A DNA stretch of 64,000 bases. Source: an uncultured delta proteobacterium. GTDB taxonomy: Bacteria; Desulfobacterota; Binatia; UBA9968. Where the stretch lies: contig CAVXEP010000030.1 in NCBI GenBank assembly GCA_963760795.1, forward strand, positions 128,001 through 192,000, read 5' to 3'. Positions 41,687 through 51,578 of this stretch are shown here, one piece after another. The position numbers and the translations under genes are program-made. Each line of letters starts with the position of its first letter. Within the stretch, counting starts at the first letter, position 1. The notes under the pieces were generated by a model that saw only the letters and a list, made by a program, of their open reading frames with translations, was not told where the DNA came from and made no database searches.

Positions 41687-41743
41687 GCGGCGCATGCGCC
41701 CGACGCACCCATCACAACTTGCATCAGGTAAGTAGCCGCGGCG

Positions 41744-41850
41744 ATGACGACGTGGACGAGCGACGAGCTCAATAAGATTGGAACTGCAGATCGCGTCACT
41801 CTCCAGCGATGGCATGCCGCGCAACCGGGTGACAATCTGGGTGGTGCGTC
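41744..41850 (+). pseudogene. DUF2255 family 5' remnant
   Basis: MTTWTSDELNKIGTA|ELQIASL..DG..R..VTIWVVR, frameshifted and truncated. Confidence 0.65.
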
Positions 41851-42009
41851 AGGTTTCATCTACTGCGCAATGTGCACGATGCCGTGCTTTGATTCCCAGC
41901 TCGCCTTTTTCGATCTTGTCGACCTGGACTTGTAACGACCTCGCGCCCTGCACTAGACTCTGAGCATCGGTTAGCTTTATCCGTCACGTTCCCCGCTGTT
42001 TGCCGCACT

Positions 42010-43113
42010 ATGATCACCGTTCATGCCGACGTGGTTGGGAGCCTGCTCAGACCGCCGGAACTGATCGAGGCACGCAACCGGTTAGCGGCTGGCGAGATCG
42101 ATGCTTCACGCTTCAAGGAAATTGAGGATCGTGCTGTTTGTGACGCGATCGCGATACAAGAGGCGGCGGGGCTCGCAGTCGTCACCGACGGCGAAATGCG
42201 CCGGCAGTCTTTTCAGAGCCAAATGACCGCGGCAGTCGAGGGCTTCGGTGACTTCAGCATGGACGCTTTTCTTTGGGGCGAGTGGCACAATGCCCAAGGA
42301 ACAGTCCGCAAAGCGCGCCCGCCAAACCTTGGGGCAACTGGCAAACTCGTGCGAAAGCGCTGGTTATCCGCTGATGAGTTTACCTATCTGAAGAACAAAA
42401 CCAGCCGCGTTGCTAAAATCACCCTGCCGAGCCCAAGCCTTTGGGCCAACTTCTGGTCTCGCGAATACTCCCGTGCCGCGTACCCGACTCTGGATAGTTT
42501 CCTCGCAGACATCGTTCAGCTCTTGCGCGAAGAGGTTCAAGAGCTGGTGCGCTTGGGCGCTCCTTACATCCAGATCGATGCGCCCCACTACGGCCTGATG
42601 CTCGACGCTACGACACGGCGTTTCTACGAAGAGCAAGGGTGGAGTCTGGACCAATGGTTGACGCGCGGCATCGAGCTGGACAATGCGATCATCGCTGGAT
42701 TTCCAGGCGTCACTTTCGCGCTCCATCTCTGACGCGGCAATCAGGGCGGCCGGTGGCTCGCCGAGGGAGGTTACGAATCTATCAGTCGTGGGCTCTTCCA
42801 GCGGCTCAAGGCACAGCGACTCTTGCTCGAGTACGACGATGATCGCTCGGGCACGTTCGCGGCGCTCAAGGACATCCCCGAAGACAAATTCATTGTGCTC
42901 GGCTTGATAACCACTAAAACCGGCCAGCTTGAGCGCATGGATGAATTACGCCAGCGCGTCACGACCGCGAGCAAGTATTTTCCCCTTGCCCAGCTCGGCG
43001 TCAGCACGCAGTGTGGTTTTGCTTCGTCTGTTCTCGGTAACCCGGTCTCGTCTGACGAGCAGAAGCAAAAGCTCGAACTCGTCGTCCGGACTGCGCGTGA
43101 GGTTTGGGGATAA
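42010..43113 (+). CDS. Cobalamin-independent methionine synthase II (MetE catalytic-domain/YxjH-like) family protein; in-frame TGA at 42730-42732 is a probable selenocysteine
   Basis: ADVVGSLLRP, TDGEMRR, IQIDAP, LHL*RGN (normally HxCRGN), LLEYD, VLGL.TTK and QCGFAS all lie in one frame; a SECIS-like hairpin follows the TGA. Confidence 0.85.
42733..42762 (+). promoter_or_regulatory. Candidate bacterial SECIS element
   Basis: Stem GGCGGCC/GGC(T)CGCC at 42745-42762 with a GGT apical loop starting 20 nt after the TGA. Confidence 0.6.
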
Positions 43114-43446
43114 GGGACCGTCTTTATTACGCGCGGTCGAGATTGACGTCGGGCCCTCAGGTTTTGACGCTTTGATTGTTTGCTTATTGGCAACCATCCA
43201 GACCCCGGTTCACCAGTTCGGCGTCGTCGGATCGCTATTTTTGATATTCCATGTTTTCGCCCGTCCAACATTCCTCAAAATAATCAGAAACTGAGCCGCT
43301 TCCCGAACCCTGTACGTTCGCGCGCAAATTTTGCCTGAGTATTTTTCGTTGCAGTCACGACGCCTGCTCGGTTATGTTCCCATGCTTGGCAGATTCAGCG
43401 GTGGAGTTGAATTCCTCTTTACATCCTTTGTTTGAAGGAGAATCAC

Positions 43447-44733
43447 ATGGCGGATTTATTTCGGTTATCGGCGAGTGAGGCGGCGGCACGGATTCGCGAA
43501 GGCAAACTCACGTCCGAAGCTTTGGTACGCTCCTGTCTCGAGCGGATCCATTCACGAGAATCACAAGTCAAAGCATGGGTCCATTTGGACGACGATTTTG
43601 CCGTGGCGCAGGCGCGGGAATGCGACAAGAGCGCGAACCGCGGTCCGATTCACGGAGTTCCCTTCGCGGCCAAGGACATCATGGATACGGCCGACTTGCC
43701 TACCGAGTACGGATCGCCCATCTACAAAGGCAACCGTCCCGCGGCGGACGCGGCGTGCGTGGCACTGAGCCGCGCTGCCGGCGGGGTGCTTTTGGGCAAG
43801 ACGGTGACGACCGAGTTTGCCAGTCGAACTCCATTGGGAAACACGACCAATCCGCACAACCCCGCGCATACGCCCGGCGGTTCCTCCAGCGGCTCCGCCG
43901 CCGCGGTGGGCGACTTCATGGTGCCGCTGGCCTTCGGCACACAGACGGTCGGATCGGTGATCCGTCCGGCAGCGTTCTGCGGCTGCGTCGGTTACAAACC
44001 GAGCTACGGCGAAGTGAGCACGCAGGGCGTGAAGCAGAACACCGCGTCCTTCGACACTGTGGGGCTTTTCTCTCGCGCTGTGGAGGATCTCGCTTTGTTT
44101 CGCGCCGCGGTTACAGGATTCGCTCCGAAACCTCTGGCCGCCATTCCAATGAACCAACTCAAGATCGGCTTTTGCCGCATGTTTTGGGACCGCGCGGAGG
44201 AGTATACGAAAACTTTTCTCGAAGAGGCGGCAAGCACGTTAGCCAAGGCCGGAGCGAAGGTCGCCGTTTTCGATCTCGGCAAGCCGTTTGAAAACTTCGA
44301 GGCCATCGGTCGGCGCATCAATGATTACGAGTTTTCCCGCGGCCTTACCTGGGAGCGGAGTCATCATTGGAATCTTTTGAGCGAGTTCCAGCGCGACAAA
44401 TTCGCCGCACTCAATGTCTCTTACGAACAATATCGAGAAGCCGAAGGCGTGCTCGAACAGTGCCGCGGACATCTCGCCGACGCCATGAAGGATATCGACC
44501 TGCTGCTCACGCCCAGCGCTCTCGGAGAGGCTCCGGCAGGTCTCGCCAGTACGGGCGATACCTCGTTCAATATCCTGTCGACGTGGACTTACACTCCTTG
44601 CGTCACCTTACCGGTGTTTACCGGACCTACGGGTCTGCCGGTCGGCATTCAGCTCATCGGTCACCGCAACCAGGATCACCGTTTATTGGAAGGGGCCCAG
44701 GCGGTTTACCGGCTGTTCTCGAAATCCACATGA
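43447..44733 (+). CDS. Amidase signature family protein
   Basis: KD, GKT.TTEFA, PGGSSSGSAAAV and GTQTVGS.IRPA motifs. Confidence 0.92.
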   Translation: MADLFRLSASEAAARIREGKLTSEALVRSCLERIHSRESQVKAWVHLDDDFAVAQARECDKSANRGPIHGVPFAAKDIMDTADLPTEYGSPIYKGNRPAADAACVALSRAAGGVLLGKTVTTEFASRTPLGNTTNPHNPAHTPGGSSSGSAAAVGDFMVPLAFGTQTVGSVIRPAAFCGCVGYKPSYGEVSTQGVKQNTASFDTVGLFSRAVEDLALFRAAVTGFAPKPLAAIPMNQLKIGFCRMFWDRAEEYTKTFLEEAASTLAKAGAKVAVFDLGKPFENFEAIGRRINDYEFSRGLTWERSHHWNLLSEFQRDKFAALNVSYEQYREAEGVLEQCRGHLADAMKDIDLLLTPSALGEAPAGLASTGDTSFNILSTWTYTPCVTLPVFTGPTGLPVGIQLIGHRNQDHRLLEGAQAVYRLFSKST

Positions 44734-44759
44734 CCTCCGGCCGAGCCTGGCCATGGACT

Positions 44760-44857
44760 CCGAGCGCGTTCAAAGCGTGCAACCGCTGCGCTCCATGAGG
44801 ATGGAGCGTGTTCAAAACGTTCAACCGCTGCGCTCCGTTCAAGTCGTTCAAAACGTT
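44760..44857. repeat. GTTCAA-rich intergenic repeat cluster
   Basis: Repeated GTTCAAA(A)CG...CAACCGCTGCGCTCC units. Confidence 0.7.
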
Positions 44858-45243
44858 GGGTTGGGTTGGAGCCGATGGGGTCACGATTGCGCGACGGTGC
44901 GATCGCTGACCGCGGCAGGCTCGACGTTCCGCCGTGCCGCCGGGAAAATTCTTACAAAAGCCAGCGGCGCCGCCGTGACGGTGGCGACTGCAACCGATGT
45001 GACCGCTCTATTCACCGCTTGATCGATGACGCCAAGTTTTTTTGCAATAGCGGCCGCCCAGAAAAAAACAACAGGAAGACAAACCCGAGCACTTTGAGCA
45101 GAATCAGCGCGCCGTTGTCCGGCAAAACCCAGGCGAAGCCGCTGCGGCCGACGATAATACCGGCGACTGGTTTGTCTGTCGAATTTGGCGGCCGCCAAAC
45201 GACTAAGGTGCAGGACCCTAATAAGAAACCAAGGAGAAAACCC

Positions 45244-45621
45244 ATGCAGTTCATGATGCTAATGATTCCCAATGTCTACAGAGACAATAAGAAGTTGCAC
45301 CCCGGCTTTGTGCCAGATCCAAAGAAAATTGAAGAGATGACCCGCTTTAATGAGGAGTTGGGCAAGTCCGTCAAAATCCTCTCTCTGAACGGCCTTCATC
45401 CACTCAACACCGGCGCGCGTGTTTCGTTCGGCAAAGGGAAGCCGACGGTGACCGATGGGCCGTTCATCGAGTCGAAAGAAGTGCTGGGCGGTTATTGGAT
45501 GGTGGAGGCCAACTCAAAAGAAGAGCTCGTGAAATGGGCGCAGCGGTGCCCCGCCGACGAAGGCGACGTGATCGAGATCCGGCAGATTTTTGCCGAGGCG
45601 GACTTCGCCATCAAAAAATAG
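45244..45621 (+). CDS. YciI/PhnB (DGPF) family protein
   Basis: VTDGPF.ESKE.LGGYW and IEIRQI motifs; AAGGAG RBS. Confidence 0.9.
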   Translation: MQFMMLMIPNVYRDNKKLHPGFVPDPKKIEEMTRFNEELGKSVKILSLNGLHPLNTGARVSFGKGKPTVTDGPFIESKEVLGGYWMVEANSKEELVKWAQRCPADEGDVIEIRQIFAEADFAIKK

Positions 45622-45859
45622 CAGGCGGCCAAAGTGGACCCGAGCCCGGCAGAAGCTCTGACGCGTAACGAAAGGTAAATGTCACGACGATTTAAGCTTG
45701 TGGTGATCGCTGCAGTTATTTTTCTGTTGCTGGGAAGCGCCTGGCTTATTCGCGCGCAACAGACAAATAGGTTCCTGATGATTGAAGGCGCGAGCGCGCG
45801 GATGCCGACTTGAGGCGGAGAAAGTTTCAGCTCGACATCCGCGCGATGCGGTGTTCGAA

Positions 45860-46723
45860 TTAGGAAGCCGCGGCCATGCGCAGCGACGCGGGTTTTTCTG
45901 AAAAGTTTTGCTTGAGCCACCATTCGGCGATTTCTATGCCGGTGGCGAACCACACGCCTTCGTGGCCCTTCATGTATTCGATCATTTCTTTGAGCGCGCT
46001 GGTTCTGCCGAGCCGGCTCGACACGTACGGATGCAGTTGGAAGGTCGTGAACATCGGCGCCGTCGCCGATTCGGCGTAAAGGTCGTGAAAGAAGCGCTTC
46101 CATAGCTGCAGGGCGTTGTCCGGATGATCGCCCGCCCGGTTCTGGTGTCCATAGAGGCGGCCGTCGCCGAACGGCTGGCGCGGCAGCTCGACCAGCCGCG
46201 ACTGGTCGTTTTCCCACACGTACGGCAGATCGTCGGCGAACGAATTGCTGTTCCACACGTATCCTTCTTCCATCAGCAGCTCAACGGTGGCGTCGTTTTG
46301 CGTGCACGTCCGCCAACCGATCGGACGCTTGCCGGTTCGTTTCATGAGCATGTCCGTGGTCCGCCGGATGCAATCCGTTTCTTCTTGCCGGGTCAGGTCG
46401 CGGGCAATTTCATGGTGGTAGCCGTGTCCCGCGACCTCATGTCCGCGCTCAACGATCGCTTTCATCGCGTCGGGGTATCTTTCCGCGATCCCACCGCAGG
46501 TGAGAAACGTCGTCTTGACGTTGACTTCGTCGAGCATGCGCAGGATCCGCCATATGCCGGTCTTGGGGCCGTATTCCCCTTCCGCGTAGTCTTCGTTGTT
46601 TAACTTTCCGTTCGGTCCCGGCCGCACCGGCTCGCCGCCCTGAAAATCGAAAGTGATGGCAACGGCGACGCGATTTTTATTGGGCCACGAGATTTGTCCC
46701 TTGGCATGGTTCTCGACGATCAT
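45860..46723 (-). CDS. Polysaccharide deacetylase family (PuuE/allantoinase-like)
   Basis: EYG...G.WRIL, GHEVAGHGYHH and LHP motifs. Confidence 0.85.
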   Translation of the reverse strand: MIVENHAKGQISWPNKNRVAVAITFDFQGGEPVRPGPNGKLNNEDYAEGEYGPKTGIWRILRMLDEVNVKTTFLTCGGIAERYPDAMKAIVERGHEVAGHGYHHEIARDLTRQEETDCIRRTTDMLMKRTGKRPIGWRTCTQNDATVELLMEEGYVWNSNSFADDLPYVWENDQSRLVELPRQPFGDGRLYGHQNRAGDHPDNALQLWKRFFHDLYAESATAPMFTTFQLHPYVSSRLGRTSALKEMIEYMKGHEGVWFATGIEIAEWWLKQNFSEKPASLRMAAAS

Positions 46724-46925
46724 ACCGACCTCCTTAGTTGTAATCTCAAAATATAACTGACTCTAAATGAGTTTCGTCGGAGGTGTCAACCCATTCGTCG
46801 GGAATCGAATCAAATCGCCGATCGCGTTGACCTGCATCTGACGCTTATGCTAATCGATAGGTTCTTAACCGCGACACCGCCAAAGGTTTGCTGTTCACAC
46901 CATCCATCACGATACTGGGAGGTTT

Positions 46926-47990
46926 ATGGGATTTACCCGATTGAAGTTATTGTGCATTGCAGTTTCTTTGTTCACCCTTCAGTGGATCGTCGGCGCCTGG
47001 GCGCAAAGCAAAAAGCCGGTCTCCATGGCCGAACTCGCGGCTTACACTGGCGCCGATCGCGAGCAGCGGCTTGTCGCGGGCGCCAAAGCTGAAGGCAAGG
47101 TCGTTTGGTACACCTCGCTGGCGGGGAGCTCATACAAGGATCTCGCCAACGGCTTTGAAGCAAAGTATCCGGGAATCAAAGTCGAGACCTATCGGGGCAC
47201 GAGTACCGATGTCATGAGCCGGATCACCGCCGAGGCCCAGGCCAAGCAGATCCTCGTTGACGTTTTGGAAACGACGGTGCCGCCGCTGACTTATTTGCGC
47301 GAGAATAAACTGCTTGCCGCCTACACCTCTCCCCATCTGAAAAAATATCCCGCCAGCACAAAAGAAAACGCCGGCCGAGGGCTGGTCTATTGGGCGGTCG
47401 ATCGCGAGACGTACAGCGGCATCGGCTACAACACGACGCTGATTCCGGCGTCTGCCGCACCAAAAAAATATGACGACCTTTTGAAACCCGAGCTCAAGGG
47501 GAAAATCGGCTTCGTTTCCAACGAAACCGGAGTGAGAGCGATCGGAGCGATACTCAAGGTTAAAGGTGAAGAGTTCGTGAAAAAACTCAAGGCGCAGGAA
47601 GTCATTCTGCACTCCGTCTCCGGGCGAGCGATGGCGGACCTGGTGGTTTCGGGTGAAGTGCCTCTGTCACCGACCATCTTTCGCGACCATGCCATCGAGG
47701 TGAAGGGCAAAGGAGCGCCGGTCGAGTGGGTGCCAATGGATGTCGTGCCGACCAACACCGGCGGCGTAGCGATCATGACGCAGGCGGCGCGGCCGCATGC
47801 CGCGGTGCTGATGGCCGATTTTCTTCTCAGCCCGGAAGGCGCAAAGATTCTCGGCGACCTGAACTATGGCGGTCCTCTGAAGCCAACGCCGTACAAGCTT
47901 TGGTACCCTGAAGCAGGCATGTCCACCGCCCAGTACGACCAAGCGATGCAACGATGGGAGAAGCTGCTCCGGGAAATCGGCCGCAAATGA
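46926..47990 (+). CDS. ABC extracellular solute-binding protein (AfuA-like)
   Basis: Signal peptide; GAKAEGKVVWYTS, YNT, DLL.P..KGK and PHAA.L..DFLLS.EG motifs. Confidence 0.85.
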   Translation: MGFTRLKLLCIAVSLFTLQWIVGAWAQSKKPVSMAELAAYTGADREQRLVAGAKAEGKVVWYTSLAGSSYKDLANGFEAKYPGIKVETYRGTSTDVMSRITAEAQAKQILVDVLETTVPPLTYLRENKLLAAYTSPHLKKYPASTKENAGRGLVYWAVDRETYSGIGYNTTLIPASAAPKKYDDLLKPELKGKIGFVSNETGVRAIGAILKVKGEEFVKKLKAQEVILHSVSGRAMADLVVSGEVPLSPTIFRDHAIEVKGKGAPVEWVPMDVVPTNTGGVAIMTQAARPHAAVLMADFLLSPEGAKILGDLNYGGPLKPTPYKLWYPEAGMSTAQYDQAMQRWEKLLREIGRK

Positions 47991-48103
47991 AGATCGAATG
48001 TAAAGGAATGGAATGCGACCGGGTCTAATTGTTTCGACGCCGCGGATCGCTCGTGCCCATAAAAGCTTGACGAGCAAGGACTAACGGCGCGCGTTAAGTC
48101 TAT

Positions 48104-49329
48104 TTAAAAGCGCTCGCCCTCCGCCCGCGCCGCCATCCAGGCAGCGAGAAGAGCTCCCGTCACTGCGGCGAACTGCACCGTCGCCATCGGCACCCAGGTG
48201 AGCGGCAAAGTGCACCGTCGCCATCGGCACCCAGGCCGTCCGCGAGCAGTCCGGTAAGCTGCTGCAGCGCGGCCGGCCAGAAGAGCTGCGAGAACACCAC
48301 CGCGCCCGACGCCGAACCGGCCAGCTCCGTATCGACCGCCATCGCGCCGGCTTGAGCGTAGGGCATGGAGAGGCCCTGGGCGAGGCTGACGAACATTCCC
48401 GGGATATAGAGCGCGGCCATGGAAATGCCGCCGAAATAAAGCCAGCCAATGAGCAGCGCGCCGTTGGCGACGCCTATCACGCCGCCCAGGATGGTCATGA
48501 ATTCGATTGAACGGTTTGCTCCGATGCGGCCCGAGATGAAACTCCCGGACATGAAGCCGACCGGGAAGGCGAAGAACCACAGGCCGATCTTAGCGGCATC
48601 GGCGCCGAGATGTTCGGTGGCGAGAAATGATGCCGCGGTCGCCTGGGTGAAGAAGGCGGCCGACATCATTCCCGGCTGTAGCATGAAACCGACGAAGCGC
48701 GGGCGACGTAACAGCGATTTATAGCCGGCGAATACGCCGCGCGGCGCGCCGGCGTTGCGCGCGCGGGTTTCCGGCACCGCGAAAGCCACCGCGAGGATCA
48801 CCACCAGACCGACAACCGACGCTAACACGAACAGCGCGCGCCAGCCGAACAGCACAGTCAAGTGGCCGCCGATCGGCGGCGCAAACATCGGCCCGAGCAC
48901 GTAGGCGGCGGTGAGATAGGCGATCACCTGGGCAACGCGGTCCTGGCCGTAGACATCGCGGGCGATGGCGCGCGCCAGCACGACGCCGCAACCCGCCCCC
49001 GCTCCCTGCAGTATGCGTCCCGCCAGCAGCATCGGCATGTTGGCGGCGATCATGCAGCTGGCGGCGCCGCAGGTAAACAACACCAGGCCGCCCAGGAGCA
49101 CGCGCTTGCGCCCGAAGCGGTCGGACAAGCCGCCGTACGCAACCGTGAAAAAGGCCATCGAGAACATCGCCAGCGACATGGTGAGCTGCGCCATGCCGGT
49201 CGAGACTCCGAACGCTTCCTTCACCGCCGGCATGGCCGGGATGAAGAGATGGAGCGACAACGGCCCGATGAAAGTGATGGAGACCAGCGCGACGAAAAAA
49301 TACCAGCGCGGCCGGAAGGAAATCGTCAT
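48104..49329 (-). CDS. Bcr/CflA-family MFS efflux transporter; 3' end disrupted by a ~37-bp tandem duplication
   Basis: YGGLSDRFGRKRVLL and GRILQG.G motifs; CCTGGGTGCCGATGGCGACGGTGCA occurs twice at 48175-48235. Confidence 0.85.
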
Positions 49330-49357
49330 GGAGAAATCTTCGGAATCGTGCCCGTGA

Positions 49358-50266
49358 CTACTGGTCCACGCCGGCCGACCAAAACTCGGCGATCTCGCCG
49401 CAAGTCGGAAACCAGATTTCGCCGCGACTGCGCACATGGGCAAGAAAATCGTCGAGGAGACGTGACATGCCGACCGTGCCGCTTACATGCGGATGGATGG
49501 CGTAACAGAATTTCATCGGATGACGTTTAGACTCTTCGAATGTCGCGTCAAAGGCATATTTGATCTCCGCCAGCCCCTGGATGATACCGCGCGATGAGAG
49601 ATCGCCATCGGTGTAGCCGGGCGTGGCGTAGCTGATCGCGACGATGCGCCTGTCGTTACTGGCAATGACGTAAGGAAAGTCAGAATCGACATAATCGCTC
49701 GTCCACAGAAAGCCGCTTTCCATCAGAAGATCGAGTGTGAAAGGCGTCGGACGAGGACCGGGCGATAGATAACCGCGGACCTTGCTGCCGATGGCGTTCT
49801 CGATCGCCGCGACGGTTCTGACGAGAGATGACTGTTCTTCTTCACGCGACGTGAACATCGGCGGAAATACGCTCATGTCCCATTGATGCGCGGCAACCTC
49901 GTGCCCGCGATCGCGGCTCGCGCGAACGGTCGCCGGGAAAAGTTCCGCGGTCAAGCCGTTAGTCGGGATGGTCGCCTTGATCCCGTGCTTGTCCAGCACA
50001 TCGAGCAGCCGCCAGATGCCGTGGCGCGCGCCATATTCGCGCACGCCGAGCGCAAGAAAATCGAACTTGTTTTGATGATCGTGGCGGTTTTGCAGATCAA
50101 CCGCCATCGGACGTTTGCGGTGGCGCGGCACGGACTCCCACTCGTTGAGAATGAGGATCTGAACCGCCATCATCGCGCCGTTGGGCCAGGCACGAAACCA
50201 CTCCGGGCGGACCGGAATCTGCGGGCGCAAATCCCATTGATAAGATAAGACGATCGGGTCTGACAT
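49358..50266 (-). CDS. Polysaccharide deacetylase family (PuuE-like)
   Basis: REYGARHGIWRLL, GHEVAAH and IHPHVSG motifs. Confidence 0.85.
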   Translation of the reverse strand: MSDPIVLSYQWDLRPQIPVRPEWFRAWPNGAMMAVQILILNEWESVPRHRKRPMAVDLQNRHDHQNKFDFLALGVREYGARHGIWRLLDVLDKHGIKATIPTNGLTAELFPATVRASRDRGHEVAAHQWDMSVFPPMFTSREEEQSSLVRTVAAIENAIGSKVRGYLSPGPRPTPFTLDLLMESGFLWTSDYVDSDFPYVIASNDRRIVAISYATPGYTDGDLSSRGIIQGLAEIKYAFDATFEESKRHPMKFCYAIHPHVSGTVGMSRLLDDFLAHVRSRGEIWFPTCGEIAEFWSAGVDQ

Positions 50267-50324
50267 CACAAATCACACATTCTGACGCGAGCCATATCGC
50301 CGACCTGTTCGGGGGACAACCAGG

Positions 50325-50440
50325 TCAGACTTTTACTTCATGGCTTTGATCGCGCCGCCGTAAGTTTTTCCTTCCACTCGGCCTGCTTGTGCACGAACCT
50401 ACTGGCGAAATAGTGCCGGGTCGGATCGATGGGAACGCGC
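50325..50440 (-). pseudogene. Diverged duplicate of the 3' end of the dioxygenase-like gene (parent 51550-51687)
   Basis: Shared TCAGAC.TTTACTTCATG..CCACTCGGCCTGCTTGTGCACG..GAAATAGTG..GGTCGGATCGATGGG.ACGCGC with an internal deletion. Confidence 0.88.
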
Positions 50441-50495
50441 GATCAGACATAACACTTCACTTACTACTATCTTCCCGTTCGCCAAAGAAGAAACG

Positions 50496-51503
50496 CTAGC
50501 GAGTTCGACTTAAGGCGGCGACCCATTGCGGTTGGGTGACGCTCCACATGCCTTTACGGGGGCCGTCATCTTCGATGCGCAGGTCCACGGCTTCGGGGTT
50601 GTGACGCAGCAGTGCGGCGGCGGCCTCGAATTTTTCGAGGCCTTCGACGCTGGCGAGGAGTGCAATCGAGGCGAGCGCGATCAGGTCGGCGAGATTGTGT
50701 CCATAAAGTCGGCTCGGCTGGCGGCGCACGTTGATTTCCACCGGAGTCCCCGCGGCACCGAGCAGTTCGGCAATTGCGCCGCCGCCCTCCGCGGGTAGTC
50801 CTAGCAAGCGGCGGCGCTCGGCGATGACTGAGAGATGCCGCGCGTTGGCGCCGGTGTCGCCGCCGTGCTCGATAAAACTTTTCAGCGCGAGTCCGGTATA
50901 GCCGACGGTTTCGTCGGTCACGACGACGAACAGCACACCGCCGGGCTTCAAGAAGCGCACCATCCTTGTGACGCTGGCGGAAAGGTCTTTTACGAAATAG
51001 ATCATGTGCAGTGCAAGACCGAGGTCAATATTGCCATCGGACGGTAGCTTTTCCCCCGAGCGCTCGGCTGCTGCGTCGATCTCATCAAATTCTGTAGCCA
51101 GCGCCATACCTGGCCGCAAATGCGCCATTGTTTTTAGAAAAGCACGATAGTTTGCGAGGTATTCGGGATTGGGCTCCTCGATCGAGACGCGGGTGCCCTG
51201 CGGCACTGAATCGGCGACCAGGGCGAAGGTTTGACCGTCACCGGCTCCAAAGTCGAAGATGTGACCGTCGCTCGGCACCGACGTTTCTATGGCGCGGCGG
51301 AGCTCGGGCACGAACATGTCGCGCTGGTCGGTGCCCATCATCAGCACCCGCCCAAGTGGATCCGGCTTCAGCAGCCGAGCGAAGGCGTTGCGGTACTGGC
51401 GGTGTGGGTCGAGCCCCTCAAATTCGTTGCGCACGAGTTCGAGCGCTTCCTCGAATTGAGGTGCGAGGTTCTCTACTCTGTTCCGGTCAATCTGAATCGG
51501 CAT
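50496..51503 (-). CDS. Class I SAM-dependent methyltransferase
   Basis: IFDFGAGDG motif I, H.IYF and LKPGG motifs. Confidence 0.82.
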   Translation of the reverse strand: MPIQIDRNRVENLAPQFEEALELVRNEFEGLDPHRQYRNAFARLLKPDPLGRVLMMGTDQRDMFVPELRRAIETSVPSDGHIFDFGAGDGQTFALVADSVPQGTRVSIEEPNPEYLANYRAFLKTMAHLRPGMALATEFDEIDAAAERSGEKLPSDGNIDLGLALHMIYFVKDLSASVTRMVRFLKPGGVLFVVVTDETVGYTGLALKSFIEHGGDTGANARHLSVIAERRRLLGLPAEGGGAIAELLGAAGTPVEINVRRQPSRLYGHNLADLIALASIALLASVEGLEKFEAAAALLRHNPEAVDLRIEDDGPRKGMWSVTQPQWVAALSRTR

Positions 51504-51578
51504 GGGACTATATAAAGTGACAGGCTACTTTTCCATTCGGTCACCGGGCTCAGACATTTACTTCATGACTTTCTGGAC

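Noticed and set aside
42010-42732. Calling the MetE-like gene a simple pseudogene or two genes
   Set aside because: The only lesion is a TGA at the Zn-ligand Cys with a SECIS-like hairpin, so recoding is favoured, though not proven.
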